DNA from: Aeromonas phage AhSzw-1
DNA length: 32,000 bases
Sequence record: MG676225.1
Strand: one strand, 5' to 3'
This document shows positions 31,374 through 32,000 of the stretch, in pieces. Each line of letters starts with the position of its first letter. Within the stretch, counting starts at the first letter, position 1. The notes below the pieces were generated by a model. The model was given only the letters and a program-made list of their open reading frames with translations. It did not search any database and had not been told where the DNA came from. The position numbers and the translations under genes are program-made.

Positions 31374-32000
31374 TTATAGGTCCATATTAGAAATAACCAT
31401 GCTGTCTTGAGCATCTTCTTTCAGTGAGTTGCCTTGCCTAATCATGCTATCCGTTTGAGAATAATGCTTGGGAACCTCAAAATATTGTATCGCGAGTTCG
31501 GGGGAATTCTTTCTCCCAGCTAACCACTTACCATACCTCTTCTAATGTAGTTTGTTGATTAGAGATACGAGTTCTTTTCTATCTGGAAGTTTGGCTATAT
31601 TAGCGTGTGGAGTTGTCCTTTCAGTTTCCCAGAGAAATGCTGATAGTAGCGTGAGAACTGACACATTAGTTGGAACTGTGCCACTCCCAGTACCATGCGG
31701 TCTTAGTTTATCTAGAACCCAGTTACCAAACTTAATACGGTCAAAGTCTATAACAGTTTTGGCTCGTTCATCTAACACCACTGTTTTAGCTGATACCTCT
31801 CCAGGGAAATTGAACGGTACTTCGTATGTAATCTCCTTGATTTCTTTTACCACCTTACTAAGAAGGAACCCGTGTAGTGGCTGTCCAAAGAAACGGGTTA
31901 GCTTTCCTCTCTCGCAAGAAAGGGCTCGCCCAACCCCAGCGGGGCTGGATACGGCGACAATGCCAGCATACTCCCTTATCTGTTCAAACAGGAAATCCAT
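31374..32000 (-). CDS. Hypothetical early protein (about 208 aa), TAG read through at 31542; may extend beyond window
   Basis: MDFLFEQIREYAGIVAVSSPAGVGRALSCERGKLTRFFG...ELVSLINKLH[Q]KRYGKWLAGRKNSPELAIQYFEVPKHYSQTDSMIRQGNSLKEDAQDSMVISNMDL*. Confidence 0.6.

Noticed and set aside
1-32000. Amber suppressor tRNA, glutaminyl-tRNA synthetase or release factor gene in the window
   Set aside because: No cloverleaf with CTA anticodon and TTCRA T-arm and no synthetase or RF protein could be recognised by eye; presumably elsewhere in the genome. tRNAscan-SE or ARAGORN should be run on both strands.

Overview
The window is best read as part of a T5-like siphophage genome in which TAG (amber) is read as a sense codon, most consistently Gln, in almost all genes outside one segment. 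On the minus strand, 1..23847 holds a nearly continuous late operon: tail fibre, pb4-, pb3- and pb9-like tip proteins, tape measure, tail-assembly chaperones with a likely frameshift, pb6-like tail tube, tail terminator, head completion, pb8-like capsid, prohead protease, portal, HNH-like protein, TerL, a homing-endonuclease-like gene and TerS. The supplied ORF track breaks these genes wherever an in-frame TAG occurs. About 24.0-30.8 kb looks like the T5 pre-early / long-terminal-repeat (LTR) module: Dmp-like nucleotidase, A1-like metallophosphoesterase, A2-like protein, a small plus-strand operon, DnaA boxes, inverted repeats and an octamer array resembling an injection-stop region. No in-frame TAG is visible in this module (roughly 1200 codons, 8 ORFs). 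TAG reappears immediately beyond it, at 30848..32000. Main hypothesis: the genetic-code switch is matched to T5-style two-step DNA injection, so genes in the first-entering segment keep the standard code and all others are amber-recoded. No suppressor tRNA, tRNA synthetase or release factor gene was found here. All reconstructions were translated by hand, with no database search, so coordinates need computational confirmation.
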